DNA of 64,000 nt, from assembly GCA_013043705.1 (NCBI GenBank), contig JABDNS010000067.1, forward strand, positions 6,175-70,174, given 5' to 3'. Of the stretch, positions 9,770 through 19,815 are shown piece after piece. This stretch comes from Pseudomonadales bacterium. GTDB taxonomy: Bacteria > Pseudomonadota > Gammaproteobacteria > Pseudomonadales > UBA7434. How positions within the stretch are numbered: the first letter of the stretch is position 1; each line of letters begins with the position of its first letter. The notes beneath the pieces are model-generated. The model was not told the origin of the DNA. It was given only the letters and a program-made list of their open reading frames with translations, and did not search any database. A program made the translations under genes and the position numbers.

Positions 9770-10621
9770 TTAATTGAGCTCGCCAAGCATGGTGCCAACG
9801 CGCGTTTCGCTGCCAGCTTTTACCCAATTTTGAAATTGCATTTTATCTTTTGGGAAAAGTGCAATAACGGTGGAGCCGAGTTTGAAGCGGCCCATCTCGC
9901 TACCCTTGTCGAGCAAGATGGCGCGCGAGTAATCGCTTATGCAAGCACTTTTTGCCTTGGGCGTGACCTGGCCGCTCCACACCGTTTCTATGCCTGCAAC
10001 GATCACCGCGCCAACCAATACCAGCACAAAGGGCGTTGACGGGTGGTCGAATACGCAAACCAGTCTTTCATTCCGGGCAAATAAATTGGGCACGTGTTCG
10101 GCGGTGGTATTGTTTACCGAAAACAGCTCACCCGGCACATAAATAGATTTTCTCAAGGTACCCTCAATAGGCATATGCACGCGGTGGTAATCTCGAGGTG
10201 ACAGGTACACCGTAACAAAATTGCCGGCGTCGAATTCGGCGGCTAGCTCTTTGTCACCACCTAGCAAGGCCTGCAATTGAAAGTGCTGACCCTTGGCTTG
10301 CAGTAATGTGCCCGCAACAATTTCTCCTGCTTCACTAACCACACCATCGGCAGGTGCAACAATGCTATTTGGCCTGCGCTCAATCGGGCGCACGCTTGGT
10401 TTCAGCGCACGGGTAAAAAATTCATTAAAAGTGCTGAATTCAGTAGGGTCGCCAAGCTCTACCTCGCTCATATCCACATCGTAGTGGGCGATAAAGCGCA
10501 CGATCAGGAAATTCTTTAACCAGGTGATATTAGTATCGGCCAGATAGCCAGCCAGCCTCGACAGCAGATGTTGGGGAATCAGGTACTGCGTGGCAATGAA
10601 TAGCCTTTGCAACACTGTCAT
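9770..10621 (-). CDS. psd: Phosphatidylserine decarboxylase proenzyme
   Basis: 283 aa, with the LGST self-cleavage motif (RFKLGSTVIALF) near the C-terminus and a typical N-terminus (YLIPQHLLSRLAG). Confidence 0.9.
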   Translation of the reverse strand: MTVLQRLFIATQYLIPQHLLSRLAGYLADTNITWLKNFLIVRFIAHYDVDMSEVELGDPTEFSTFNEFFTRALKPSVRPIERRPNSIVAPADGVVSEAGEIVAGTLLQAKGQHFQLQALLGGDKELAAEFDAGNFVTVYLSPRDYHRVHMPIEGTLRKSIYVPGELFSVNNTTAEHVPNLFARNERLVCVFDHPSTPFVLVLVGAVIVAGIETVWSGQVTPKAKSACISDYSRAILLDKGSEMGRFKLGSTVIALFPKDKMQFQNWVKAGSETRVGTMLGELN

Positions 10622-10697
10622 GGCGGGTTTTCCGTTAGGCGTTAATGTTTTGGTGCTGCTGTGCTAGTTGCGTAAAAAAACATTCCAGGGCATTATT

Positions 10698-11714
10698 TTA
10701 GCGATCCCGATTGGCGAGGATGTGTCGATAGCTGGATACCCGCGAAGGGTGGAGTTCGTTGTTATCAATCGCTGCCTGCAGTGCACAGCCATCGCTAACG
10801 CCATGTTCGCAATCCCGGAAGCGGCATTGCAGCGTCTTTTCGTAAAACTCGGGCATGCCCGCAATGATATCGTTCTCTTCGAGATGCCACAATGCAAACT
10901 CGCGGATGCCAGGCGAGTCGATAACCGCGCTGCTACCAGTTTGCTTGCCGCGTATAAAATACAGTTGCGCGTTGGTTGTTGTATGCCGGCCTTTGGTGTT
11001 GGCCGAAGAAATATCACCAATTGCCGCTATAGCGTTGCCACATAGCGCATTGATAATCGATGATTTTCCAACCCCCGATTGGCCTACTAATATGGCGGTC
11101 TTGCCATTCAGTGCCGCATCGAGCGATGTGGTGGCGCATTGCGTATCCACGGTGGTGTATTGCAACACCTTATAGCCAAGCTCGGAGTACAGTGCAGCCA
11201 ACTGCATAACTTCGTCGCTGCGTGCAGCGCTTACTTTTTTCTCATCCAGCAAGTCCTGCTTGTTAATAAGAATCGTTACAGGGATATTGGCGTTGGCCGC
11301 CGCAATAAGGTAGCGGTCCAGCAGGTTGGCGATAGGCGCAGGCTCGGGCGCAATAACCAGCACGATGACATCGATATTGGCAGCGATCGGTTTGGCAACA
11401 CTGTATGGGCGCGGGCGCGATATAACGCTATGCCGGGGCAGCAGCGCCTCGACCACAGCTGCCTCGGTACTGGAGTTGGCTTCGCGCCAGGACACCCGAT
11501 CGCCGCAGACAACCGGCGGCAGGTTTGCCCTTAGTTTGCAGCGGGTAGCGGAGGCGCCCGGGTCACCGATTTGGGCTTGTTCTACCACGTCGATCTCGCC
11601 GCCGTAATGCGCAATCACCAGCCCGGTCGACAGGTCCCCGGCATCGTTGGCCAGCGCCTGCTGGCTCTTGGCGATGCGCGCAGATTGCCTGTGGCTGAGT
11701 TTACGTTTTGCCAT
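10698..11714 (-). CDS. rsgA: Ribosome small-subunit-dependent GTPase A
   Basis: Circularly permuted GTPase: the NKxD motif (ILINKQDLL) precedes the P-loop GQSGVGKSSIINAL. C-terminal Zn motif CRFRDCEH...C. Confidence 0.9.
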   Translation of the reverse strand: MAKRKLSHRQSARIAKSQQALANDAGDLSTGLVIAHYGGEIDVVEQAQIGDPGASATRCKLRANLPPVVCGDRVSWREANSSTEAAVVEALLPRHSVISRPRPYSVAKPIAANIDVIVLVIAPEPAPIANLLDRYLIAAANANIPVTILINKQDLLDEKKVSAARSDEVMQLAALYSELGYKVLQYTTVDTQCATTSLDAALNGKTAILVGQSGVGKSSIINALCGNAIAAIGDISSANTKGRHTTTNAQLYFIRGKQTGSSAVIDSPGIREFALWHLEENDIIAGMPEFYEKTLQCRFRDCEHGVSDGCALQAAIDNNELHPSRVSSYRHILANRDR

Positions 11715-11868
11715 TCCAGGAAAGTGCAGCTAAAGGCCTGTGAGCTAATTGTGGAGGCTGCATTTTTCCAGTCGAATTTAACGCAGCAGCTTTATCAGGC
11801 ATATTATGCACGCAATTTCATAGCGGTGTGCTGGTTATACTAGTAACTGGAGAATTGGAGTTGAAGCA

Positions 11869-12411
11869 ATGCAAGAATTGAATCGCCTGATCTGGATCGA
11901 CCTGGAAATGACCGGGCTGGTGCCAGAGCGGGATCTAATTATTGAGATCGCCACCATAGTCACCGACGCCGACCTCAAAACCATTGCCGAGGGCCCGGTG
12001 TTTGCGATTAGCCAGCCGGAGCAGGCGCTGCTGGATATGGATGAGTGGAATACCCGCCAGCATGGTAGTTCAGGCCTCACGCAGCGGGTTCGCGAGAGCT
12101 TGGTAAGCGTAGAGCAAGCGGAGCGCGAAACAATCGCGTTCCTGCAAAAGCACTTGGAGGCGGGTCATTCACCCATGTGCGGTAACAGCATTTGCCAAGA
12201 TCGGCGGTTTCTCGCCCGCTACATGCCGCGGCTCGAAGCTTTTTTTCACTACCGCAACCTTGATGTTAGCAGCCTGAAAGAGCTGGCCAGGCGCTGGAAG
12301 CCCAGTGTACTGGAGGGCATGAAAAAATCATCCAACCATTTGGCAATGGACGATATTCGCGATTCTATCGAAGAGTTGCGCTACTACCGCAGCAAATTAT
12401 TTGATTTGTAG
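11869..12411 (+). CDS. orn: Oligoribonuclease
   Basis: 180-aa DEDDh exonuclease ([41 protein letters not shown]). Confidence 0.92.
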   Translation: MQELNRLIWIDLEMTGLVPERDLIIEIATIVTDADLKTIAEGPVFAISQPEQALLDMDEWNTRQHGSSGLTQRVRESLVSVEQAERETIAFLQKHLEAGHSPMCGNSICQDRRFLARYMPRLEAFFHYRNLDVSSLKELARRWKPSVLEGMKKSSNHLAMDDIRDSIEELRYYRSKLFDL

Positions 12412-12457
12412 AAAAAAGGGGTCAGACACGAAGTGCGTGTCTGACCCCTTTTTTCTT
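12412..12457. terminator. Bidirectional Rho-independent terminator shared by orn (+) and rho (-)
   Basis: A-run (12412-12417), a 12-13 bp perfect GC-rich stem GGGGTCAGACACG / CGTGTCTGACCCC with a 4-nt loop (12418-12448), then a T-run (12449-12454). It sits between convergent genes. Confidence 0.85.
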
Positions 12458-12465
12458 TTTAGCTT

Positions 12466-13749
12466 CTACGATGCAATCTTGCCGGTCTTTTGACGCTTCA
12501 TCGATTTAAAAAATTCTTCGTTGGTTTTGGTGTCTTTTAGCTTGTCGATAAGAAACTCGATCGCCGGTGTGTCTTCCATTGAATGCAACAGCTTGCGCAG
12601 TATCCACATATGCTGCAGTTCTTCGTCGGCGGTAAGTAATTCTTCGCGGCGTGTACCTGAGCGGCGCACGTTGATGGCGGGGTAAACACGCTTCTCGGCA
12701 ATTTTGCGGTCGAGGTGCAGCTCCATGTTGCCCGTGCCTTTAAACTCTTCGTAAATAACTTCATCCATTTTTGAGCCAGTGTCGATCAGCGCAGTGGCAA
12801 TAATAGTTAAGCTGCCGCCTTCCTCAATATTTCTCGCAGCACCAAAAAAACGCTTCGGTCGTTCAAGCGCATGCGCATCAACACCACCGGTTAGAACCTT
12901 GCCCGAGGAGGGCACAATCGTATTGTAGGCGCGCGCCAGGCGCGTAATTGAGTCGAGCAATATAATGACGTCTTTTTTGTGTTCGGTTAGGCGTTTGGCT
13001 TTTTCGATAACCATTTCCGCCACCTGCACGTGTCTTGCGGGCGGTTCGTCGAAGGTGCTGGCAATAACTTCGGCCGCGCGCACCGAGCGTTCCATCTCGG
13101 TAACTTCCTCGGGACGCTCGTCGATCAGTAATACGATAACGTAGCATTCCGGGTTATTGCGGATGATTGCCTGCGCCATGTGTTGCAAGATTAGGGTTTT
13201 ACCCGCTTTGGGTGGGGAAACAATCAGGCCGCGTTGGCCTCGGCCAATCGGTGCGCACAAATCGATAATGCGCCCGGAAAGATCCTCGGTGCTGCCGTTG
13301 CCCGTTTCCAGCGTCAGGCGTTCATCGGGGAACAGCGGAGTGAGGTTTTCGAACAGGATTTTCTGTTTGGAGTTGTCGGGCTTGTCGAAGTTTATTTCGT
13401 TAACTTTCAATAGCGCGAAGTATCTTTCGCCATCTTTGGGCGGACGAATCTTGCCAGAAATCGTATCGCCGGTGCGCAGGTTGAAGCGCCGTATCTGGCT
13501 TGGCGAGACGTAAATATCGTCGGGCCCGGCCAAGTAGGAGCTGTCGGCTGAGCGCAAAAAGCCGAAGCCGTCCTGAAGTATTTCAAGTACGCCGTCGCCA
13601 TAAATGTCTTCACCGCTCTTGGCATGTTTTTTCAGGATCGAAAAGATGATGTCCTGTTTGCGCGAGCGTGCGACGTTATCGAGCCCCCGCTCCTCGGCGA
13701 TTTTAACGAGCTCGGAGATAGGCTTGGTTTTCAGGTCGGTCAGGTTCAT
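12466..13749 (-). CDS. rho: Transcription termination factor Rho
   Basis: 427 aa. [21 protein letters not shown]-terminus, RNA-binding domain, Walker [13 protein letters not shown], and strong overall Rho-like sequence. Confidence 0.95.
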   Translation of the reverse strand: MNLTDLKTKPISELVKIAEERGLDNVARSRKQDIIFSILKKHAKSGEDIYGDGVLEILQDGFGFLRSADSSYLAGPDDIYVSPSQIRRFNLRTGDTISGKIRPPKDGERYFALLKVNEINFDKPDNSKQKILFENLTPLFPDERLTLETGNGSTEDLSGRIIDLCAPIGRGQRGLIVSPPKAGKTLILQHMAQAIIRNNPECYVIVLLIDERPEEVTEMERSVRAAEVIASTFDEPPARHVQVAEMVIEKAKRLTEHKKDVIILLDSITRLARAYNTIVPSSGKVLTGGVDAHALERPKRFFGAARNIEEGGSLTIIATALIDTGSKMDEVIYEEFKGTGNMELHLDRKIAEKRVYPAINVRRSGTRREELLTADEELQHMWILRKLLHSMEDTPAIEFLIDKLKDTKTNEEFFKSMKRQKTGKIAS

Positions 13750-14248
13750 AGCGAATAGTGTTTTATAGGCGGATTAGTGAATTGGGAGATCGCACAGGGG
13801 CGGCGGTAGATGCAAAGAAGAGCCGATTACCGGCGCTGCAAAGTAGCGTGTGAAATGGTTTAACCGTTGGGCATTGAGCAAAGTTTAATGTTTTGGTGGA
13901 GTGCTGCGCGGATATTGATCAGGCTAATTCCAACCTAGCAATCCAAATGTTTTCATCCCGCTTTACGTGCATTGTTTTTTTGTTCTGTTTCAAGCTGCAA
14001 AATCGTCAAACCTGGATCAAAACTTGACTGGGAAATTTAGCCCGAAGGCGTTCGCTAAATTTGCGGGAACAATTCCGCCGGCTGCTCTTCTAGGAAGCGT
14101 GGCTGGACGGGAAGCGAAACAAGGAGAATTGAGCGTTTGACAAGAGCTTATGGACGAACTTTAGCACCGATGTTGGTGGTCGTCCAGCACATTTGCGTGA
14201 ATATTAACGGCTCTGCGACGAGTGGTTCCGGACCCGGCGCACTGTGTG
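13750..14248 (-). promoter_or_regulatory. Long (~500 nt) untranslated trxA-rho spacer: presumed rho promoter plus leader
   Basis: There is no ORF of 60 aa or more in the track on either strand. The position between trxA and rho matches the E. coli trxA-rhoL-rho arrangement, where rho is autoregulated by attenuation in its leader. No specific promoter elements could be assigned. Confidence 0.35.
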
Positions 14249-14581
14249 TCAGGTGCTTATTGCGCCGTCGATAAAGGCTTCCAGCTGGGATTTTGACAGC
14301 GCGCCAACCTTGGATGCTTGCGCTTCGCCCTTGTTGAAGACCATCAGTGTGGGAATGCCGCGCACATTAAATTTCTTGGCGATTTCCTTGTGCGCGTCGA
14401 CATCAATTTTGCAGACCTTGATCTTGCCATTGTAGTTATCGGCAATTTCTTCAAGCACCGGTGCAATCATCTTGCAGGGTCCGCACCACTCGGCCCAGTA
14501 GTCGACTAGCACCGGCACATCGGCATTAACCACCTCTTGCTCAAAGGAGTCGTCAGTAACATGTACAATGGCATCACTCAT
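14249..14581 (-). CDS. trxA: Thioredoxin 1
   Basis: [13 protein letters not shown] active site. [17 protein letters not shown] start at the second ATG gives ~110 aa. Confidence 0.93.
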   Translation of the reverse strand: MSDAIVHVTDDSFEQEVVNADVPVLVDYWAEWCGPCKMIAPVLEEIADNYNGKIKVCKIDVDAHKEIAKKFNVRGIPTLMVFNKGEAQASKVGALSKSQLEAFIDGAIST

Positions 14582-14869
14582 TGGGAATCTCCGCATTTAC
14601 AAAATTTTTTCGCGCAGCCAAACACACGCCGAACCAAGCTGCTTTCGGGCTATGCTATCACCCCGCCACCCGGATGCAAGTTTAACGGCTCCTGCATGGA
14701 GGTCACGCTGTCCGTGGGCTGCATACGCCGTGCAATATCATGTTGGGGGTAAAAACTGCATTTGCAATGGCGCAAGCCAGATTTATTTAAGCGAATTTAA
14801 TATAAGCATATAACCGGCCTGCTGGCGAACCCGGCACGCGCTATAAAAGACAGTGTAACGGGTAACACC

Positions 14870-16999
14870 ATGAAAAAAATGTTATTTGCGTTGTTGATCG
14901 CGGCCTTGCTAGCAGTATGGTTTTCTTTTGATCTTGGACAGACGCTCACGCTGGATAACTTTCTTGCACGCAAAGCCGAGCTGGAGGCTTATGTTGCAAA
15001 AAACTTTTTCCCCTCGCTATTGCTGTTTTCTGCCCTATATGCAGCCAGTTTTGCATTAGCACTACCTATCGGTGCGGTACTTACGCTGGCAGGCGGCGCA
15101 CTGTTTGGCCTGGGCTGGGGTGTTGTGTCGGTTTCATTTGCCAGCAGCATTGGCTCGTTGCTCGCGTTTCTGGCTGCACGCTACCTGCTAAGAGACTGGG
15201 TCAAGCAACGATTTGCCCAACGCATGCAAAGTATTGATGACGGTGTGCAGCGCGATGGCGCGTTCTATTTGTTTACCTTGCGGCTGGTGCCAATTTTTCC
15301 GCCTGCGCTGATTAACCTGGTGATGGGGCTCACGTCCATGCGCGGCTGGACTTTTTACTGGGTTAGCCAGCTAGGCATGCTGGCTGGAACCATCGTGTAT
15401 GTGAATGCCGGCACCGCGCTGGGCAAGGTGAGTGCAGGCGAGCCTATCCTGACGCCGGGGCTAATTGCCGCGTTTGTGTTGCTGGGTGTTTTTCCATTAT
15501 TAGCCAGGCGCTTTGCAGATTTTGTGCGCGCGCGAAAAGTTTATGCGCCGTTCAAAAAGCCACGCCAGTTCGACGCCAACATGCTGGTTATTGGCGCCGG
15601 GTCCGGCGGGCTCGTGAGTGCCTATATTGCTGCACAGGTTGGTGCCTCGGTAACGCTAGTAGAGCGGGAAAAAATGGGAGGCGACTGTCTTAATACGGGT
15701 TGCGTGCCGAGCAAAACATTGTTGCGATCGGCCAAGATCGCGCACTATATTCGCCGCGCCGATGAGTTTGGTTTAAAAGCTGCCGAGCCGCAAACTGATT
15801 TTACCGCGGTGATGCAGCGCGTACGCGATGCAATTGCCGCTATTGAGCCGCATGACTCGGTAGAGCGCTATACGTCGCTGGGTGTCGATTGTGTGCAGGG
15901 CAATGCAACGCTGGTTTCGCCCTGGGCTGTGCAAGTGGATGGCCGCGAAATTACCGCGCGCAATATTGTCATTGCCACCGGCGGGCGGCCGCGTATGCTC
16001 AGCATCGAAGGCGCAGACCAAATTCCACTATTTAATTCCGATACCATTTGGGAGCTGCGCGAGCAGCCTGGGCACTTGCTGGTTATCGGCGCAGGCCCGA
16101 TCGGTTGTGAACTGGCGCAGGCCTTTGCCAGGTTGGGCAGCAAGGTAACCATACTAAGCCATGGCGAGCAGGTGCTGGCGCGAGAGGACTGCGAAGTTGG
16201 CGACTATGTGCGACAACGTCTAGCGGGCGAAGGCATTTCCTTTGCCATGCAGCACGATATCAAGCGCTTCGAAAATAACCACGGCCAGTGCCGGGTAATT
16301 GCCGATCACGCAGGTGAGGCACGCCATATCGAATTCTCGCATGCGCTGATGGCGGTGGGTCGCCAGGCCAACACCGAGCGTATCGGGCTTGAGCAACTTG
16401 GTGTAGAAACCGGTCGCGGTGGTACGGTGCCGGTAGACGACTTCCTGCGCACCAAATTCCCTAATGTATATGCGGTAGGGGATGTTGCGGGGCCCTACCA
16501 GTTTACCCACACGGCATCGCACCAGGCCTGGTATGCAGCGGTGAATGGCTTGTTTGGCAGCTTCAAGCGGTTTCGCGTTGACTACAGCGTGATTCCCTGG
16601 GCAACTTTTACCGACCCTGAAGTTGCGCACGTGGGATTAAACGAGCGCGAGGCTAACAAGCAGGGCATCAATTACGAAGTTACCCGCTATGACCTGTCTG
16701 ACCTGGATCGCGCGATAGCCGATGGTGAAGCGGCCGGTTTCGTTAAAGTTTTAACGCCGCCCGGTAAGGACAAAATATTGGGCGCAACTATTGTTGGTTA
16801 TCACGCTGGTGAAATGCTTAATGAATTTATTGCCACCATGAAGCGCGGTGGCAAGCTTGGCGATATTCTCGGCACGATTCATATTTATCCAACCCTGGGT
16901 GAGGCAAATAAATTCGTTGCCGGTGAGTGGCGTAAGGCACGCAAACCCGAAAAGCTGCTAGCTATTGTGCGTAGATTTTTTGCCTGGCAGCGATCTTGA
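14870..16999 (+). CDS. Fusion protein: N-terminal TVP38/TMEM64 (DedA/SNARE-associated) membrane domain plus C-terminal class I pyridine nucleotide-disulfide oxidoreductase
   Basis: Residues ~1-215 are polytopic membrane with a DedA-like pattern (FPSLLLFSALYAA...RLVPIFPPALINLVMG). From ~235 on: FAD motif LVIGAGSGG, redox-active disulfide GGDCLNTGCVPSK, NAD motif LLVIGAGPIGCE, and a dimerisation domain with HIYPTLGE. Confidence 0.8.
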   Translation: MKKMLFALLIAALLAVWFSFDLGQTLTLDNFLARKAELEAYVAKNFFPSLLLFSALYAASFALALPIGAVLTLAGGALFGLGWGVVSVSFASSIGSLLAFLAARYLLRDWVKQRFAQRMQSIDDGVQRDGAFYLFTLRLVPIFPPALINLVMGLTSMRGWTFYWVSQLGMLAGTIVYVNAGTALGKVSAGEPILTPGLIAAFVLLGVFPLLARRFADFVRARKVYAPFKKPRQFDANMLVIGAGSGGLVSAYIAAQVGASVTLVEREKMGGDCLNTGCVPSKTLLRSAKIAHYIRRADEFGLKAAEPQTDFTAVMQRVRDAIAAIEPHDSVERYTSLGVDCVQGNATLVSPWAVQVDGREITARNIVIATGGRPRMLSIEGADQIPLFNSDTIWELREQPGHLLVIGAGPIGCELAQAFARLGSKVTILSHGEQVLAREDCEVGDYVRQRLAGEGISFAMQHDIKRFENNHGQCRVIADHAGEARHIEFSHALMAVGRQANTERIGLEQLGVETGRGGTVPVDDFLRTKFPNVYAVGDVAGPYQFTHTASHQAWYAAVNGLFGSFKRFRVDYSVIPWATFTDPEVAHVGLNEREANKQGINYEVTRYDLSDLDRAIADGEAAGFVKVLTPPGKDKILGATIVGYHAGEMLNEFIATMKRGGKLGDILGTIHIYPTLGEANKFVAGEWRKARKPEKLLAIVRRFFAWQRS

Positions 17000-17821
17000 G
17001 CGCGCTTTTTTAATAGGGTGTTTTTTTAATTCAGCCTGTGTAGCCTGGTAGCCCTCGTCGACAATGTGCCCAACATTCTCGGTGTCGGTGCGGCTAAAGT
17101 GAAAAACCTTAGGCTTAATAAGCAAGTCGACTTCACGCGTTTGCAAGCGCGTGCTGTTGTCGATAGCGATATCCAGCGCATTCATCAGTACATCGATAAT
17201 ATCACCGGGTTTTTCGTACTGGCGCCTGGCATTCAGGTCTACCGCAATTTTGAAGTTTGCGCCCAGGCCATCCAGCGGCGATAGCGGCACGTTTTCAACC
17301 AGCCCGCCATCTACCAACATTTCATCGTCGATCTCAACCGGTGCAAATACTGCTGGCACGCAAGTGCTGGCCATTGCAGCCAGTGCAACGTCACCTTCTT
17401 TCAATATCCGTACTTTACCGCTGCCGATGTTGGTAGCAACAACGGCAAGCGGAATATTCGCTTCGGAAAAATCAACGTCACCGATCATGTCATGCAATGT
17501 GCGCGCGAGCTTTTCGTTGCTTAGCAAGCCAAATCGCGATAGCTTGAAATTGGTTACGTCCAGCCAGCCCATTTCCTTTACCTGTTCTTCAATCTCGGCG
17601 GCCGGAATGCCGAAGGCGTAGAGTATTGCAATGAAAGCGCCGATGCTGGTGCCAGTAATCGCCTCGAGTTTAATATCGTTCTCTTCCAGTGCTTTCAACA
17701 CACCGATATGGGCTGCGCCAAGCACCGCCCCGCCACCCAGCGCCAGCCCGACGCGGGTTTTACGTTGCTCGTGTTTCTCACCAAGCAGGCGATCAAGTAT
17801 TTTTTGAAATACGGAGGACAT
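16958..17821 (-). CDS. Patatin-like phospholipase (RssA/YchK type)
   Basis: Oxyanion motif GGGAVLGAAHIG, nucleophile elbow GTSIG (GxSxG), and catalytic Asp motif VDGGLVENVP. 287 aa. Confidence 0.85.
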   Translation of the reverse strand: MSSVFQKILDRLLGEKHEQRKTRVGLALGGGAVLGAAHIGVLKALEENDIKLEAITGTSIGAFIAILYAFGIPAAEIEEQVKEMGWLDVTNFKLSRFGLLSNEKLARTLHDMIGDVDFSEANIPLAVVATNIGSGKVRILKEGDVALAAMASTCVPAVFAPVEIDDEMLVDGGLVENVPLSPLDGLGANFKIAVDLNARRQYEKPGDIIDVLMNALDIAIDNSTRLQTREVDLLIKPKVFHFSRTDTENVGHIVDEGYQATQAELKKHPIKKARSRSLPGKKSTHNS

Positions 17822-17862
17822 ATAAGCGGGCGCTTTGTTGCGCGTAAAGGTACGAGACTTGT

Positions 17863-18069
17863 TCAGTAGTGCGGCGGTTTTTCGAACGCAGGGTCGATAT
17901 CGCTATTGGCGTTTAGCGATTTAAACTGGTCGCCAAATTTATCTACCTGTTCACGCAGGGTTTCGATTTGCTGGTGCTGCTGGTAGAGCGCGTCGGAAAG
18001 CTCGGCGACACTTTTTTCCAGAAACGCAATTTTGCTTTCGAGTTCGATATGCTCGCTATTCATAGACAT
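17863..18069 (-). CDS. slyX: SlyX family protein
   Basis: Small coiled-coil protein MSMNSEHIELESKIAFLEKSVAELSDALYQQHQQIETLREQV..., ~68 aa from the internal ATG. It lies near an FKBP gene, as slyX often does. Confidence 0.7.
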   Translation of the reverse strand: MSMNSEHIELESKIAFLEKSVAELSDALYQQHQQIETLREQVDKFGDQFKSLNANSDIDPAFEKPPHY

Positions 18070-18369
18070 TGGGCATTCATATTGAAAACAGCAACAGGTA
18101 GAAGAAACAGGCACGAAGCATAGAAACCAACGCTAGCACCGACCGCGACAGGACTTGGCGTGCAGGGGTGTCGAGCGGAGATGTCGCTTGGAAATCCAGC
18201 CGCATTTTACCAGAGTCGCGGGCGCATTTGGCGCCGGCGCTAGCCAGCGGTCAAATGCTGCTGCATCACAACTCGCCTTGTGACGCTGCTAAATTGCCCT
18301 GAAAGACGCTAAACTGAATAAATAGACGGTTTGCGAGGGCTCGCCCCCGGTGGCGAAAGGGAGCGCATC

Positions 18370-18957
18370 ATGAAATGGTTTACCTTTAAATGGCTGGCGG
18401 TACTCGGTGCGCTGCTGGTTGCACCGATGCTGATAAAAGGCCCGGACGGTAAGCCTATTATGTCGATAAGCGACTGGATCCCTAATGATTTACTGGAATC
18501 TGCCGGTGATGCCGGCCAGCGTGCCACAGCCCTGGCGAGCGAGCTCGCGGGCAAAGGCACCGATGCCGTGCGGGCTAATGCCGAAGCGCAGGTTTATAGT
18601 TGGCGCGATGCGAACGGTACATTGCACTTCAGCGACCGGCCGGTGGATGGCGCCAAGGCCATCGACGTAACCGGGAACACCCTGGAGATCCCCGCCGACC
18701 GCTTTGTACAGGACGGCACCCGGCCTGTGAGCAAGGACAATGGTCGTACAGGCGGCAGGGCAACCTTGCTGCGCGAACGCGACAACGTCTCCGGGAGTTT
18801 GGCTTCGGCATCCGGCGCCCAGCCCGCGGTCGACAATGCCGGTTTGGAGGCTTTGATTGGCGGCGACTTCAGCAAGGCTGGCGACGTCCTGAAAAGCTTG
18901 CCCGCATTGCTTGAACAAGCCAAAAAAGCACGCGAAATGCCCCCCGAAGCCCGCTAG
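18370..18957 (+). CDS. DUF4124-domain secreted protein
   Basis: Signal peptide MKWFTFKWLAVLGALLVAP starting at the ATG at 18370, followed by a YSWRDANGTLHFSDRP motif characteristic of DUF4124. Confidence 0.6.
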   Translation: MKWFTFKWLAVLGALLVAPMLIKGPDGKPIMSISDWIPNDLLESAGDAGQRATALASELAGKGTDAVRANAEAQVYSWRDANGTLHFSDRPVDGAKAIDVTGNTLEIPADRFVQDGTRPVSKDNGRTGGRATLLRERDNVSGSLASASGAQPAVDNAGLEALIGGDFSKAGDVLKSLPALLEQAKKAREMPPEAR

Positions 18958-19073
18958 CGAATTTTTTCACCGCGAAACGCGAACTACTGCGCTCGACAAA
19001 CGCCACCGCGCTGGTTAGGCTGCGTCGCCTTGCCGCGCTGCGCGCGTTCGACAACCTTATTTAGGACAGCAAC

Positions 19074-19805
19074 ATGAAAGCAATTCGCTCTGCGGCCGGC
19101 TTGGCCGTGATTTCTACCTTCCTGATTGCCTGTGAACAAAGCCAGCAGGGGCTGCCGCGAGCCTCGGAGATTCCCGAGTCGGGGCTGGCGAAAAAAAGCT
19201 ATGCGCTTGGCCAAAGTATGGGCACAAGTGTCAAAGCCTCGAAGCTGGAAATCGATCACTCGTTTTTTAACGCGGGTTTTTACGATGCGATTGAAGGCGT
19301 GCAACGCATGACCCAGGAAGATATCCAGGCAACATTAATGGCTGCCCAGCAAGAGGCCCAGCAAAGCCAGATGGAAGCGCGCACGGCAATAATGGATAAG
19401 AACAAGCAAACTGCCAGTGTATTTCTTGAGCAGAACGCAAGTGCCGATGGCGTGGTTACCACCGACAGTGGCTTGCAATACAAAGTGTTGGCAGAAGGTG
19501 AGGGCGACAGCCCGGCCGCTGAAGATACCGTTACCGTGCACTACGAAGGGCGCCTGATTGATGGCACGGTGTTCGATAGTTCGCTACAGCGCGGTGAACC
19601 TGCCACCTTCCCGGTCAACGGCGTGATTGCGGGCTGGACCGAAGCATTGCAACTCATGAAAGTTGGCGCCAAGTACCAACTCACGATTCCCCCCGAACTC
19701 GGCTACGGTGAGCGCGGTGCGGGTGATCGCATCGAGCCGAATTCGGCGCTGATTTTTGATGTTGAATTGTTGGGTATCGAGCCGGCCAACAAGGCCGCTG
19801 AGTAG
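19074..19805 (+). CDS. FKBP-type peptidyl-prolyl isomerase, Mip/FkpA-like, probable lipoprotein
   Basis: Lipobox-like FLIAC, N-terminal helical dimerisation region, and C-terminal FKBP domain (VTVHYEGRLIDGTVFDSS...IPPELGYGERG...LIFDVELLGI). Confidence 0.85.
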   Translation: MKAIRSAAGLAVISTFLIACEQSQQGLPRASEIPESGLAKKSYALGQSMGTSVKASKLEIDHSFFNAGFYDAIEGVQRMTQEDIQATLMAAQQEAQQSQMEARTAIMDKNKQTASVFLEQNASADGVVTTDSGLQYKVLAEGEGDSPAAEDTVTVHYEGRLIDGTVFDSSLQRGEPATFPVNGVIAGWTEALQLMKVGAKYQLTIPPELGYGERGAGDRIEPNSALIFDVELLGIEPANKAAE

Positions 19806-19815
19806 CGGTGCAAGA

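Noticed and set aside
16958-16999. 42-bp tail-to-tail overlap of the DedA-oxidoreductase and patatin genes.
   Set aside because: The overlap is real as read, but both C-termini there are non-conserved basic tails. Convergent overlaps of this size occur commonly, and I see no hairpin or recoding signal, so I do not treat it as a feature.
16958-17821. Patatin-like phospholipase as a CBASS/defence effector or secreted toxin.
   Set aside because: There is no cyclase, sensor or other defence gene adjacent. Size and motifs fit the housekeeping RssA/YchK-type patatin, and the neighbours are core genes (slyX, oxidoreductase).
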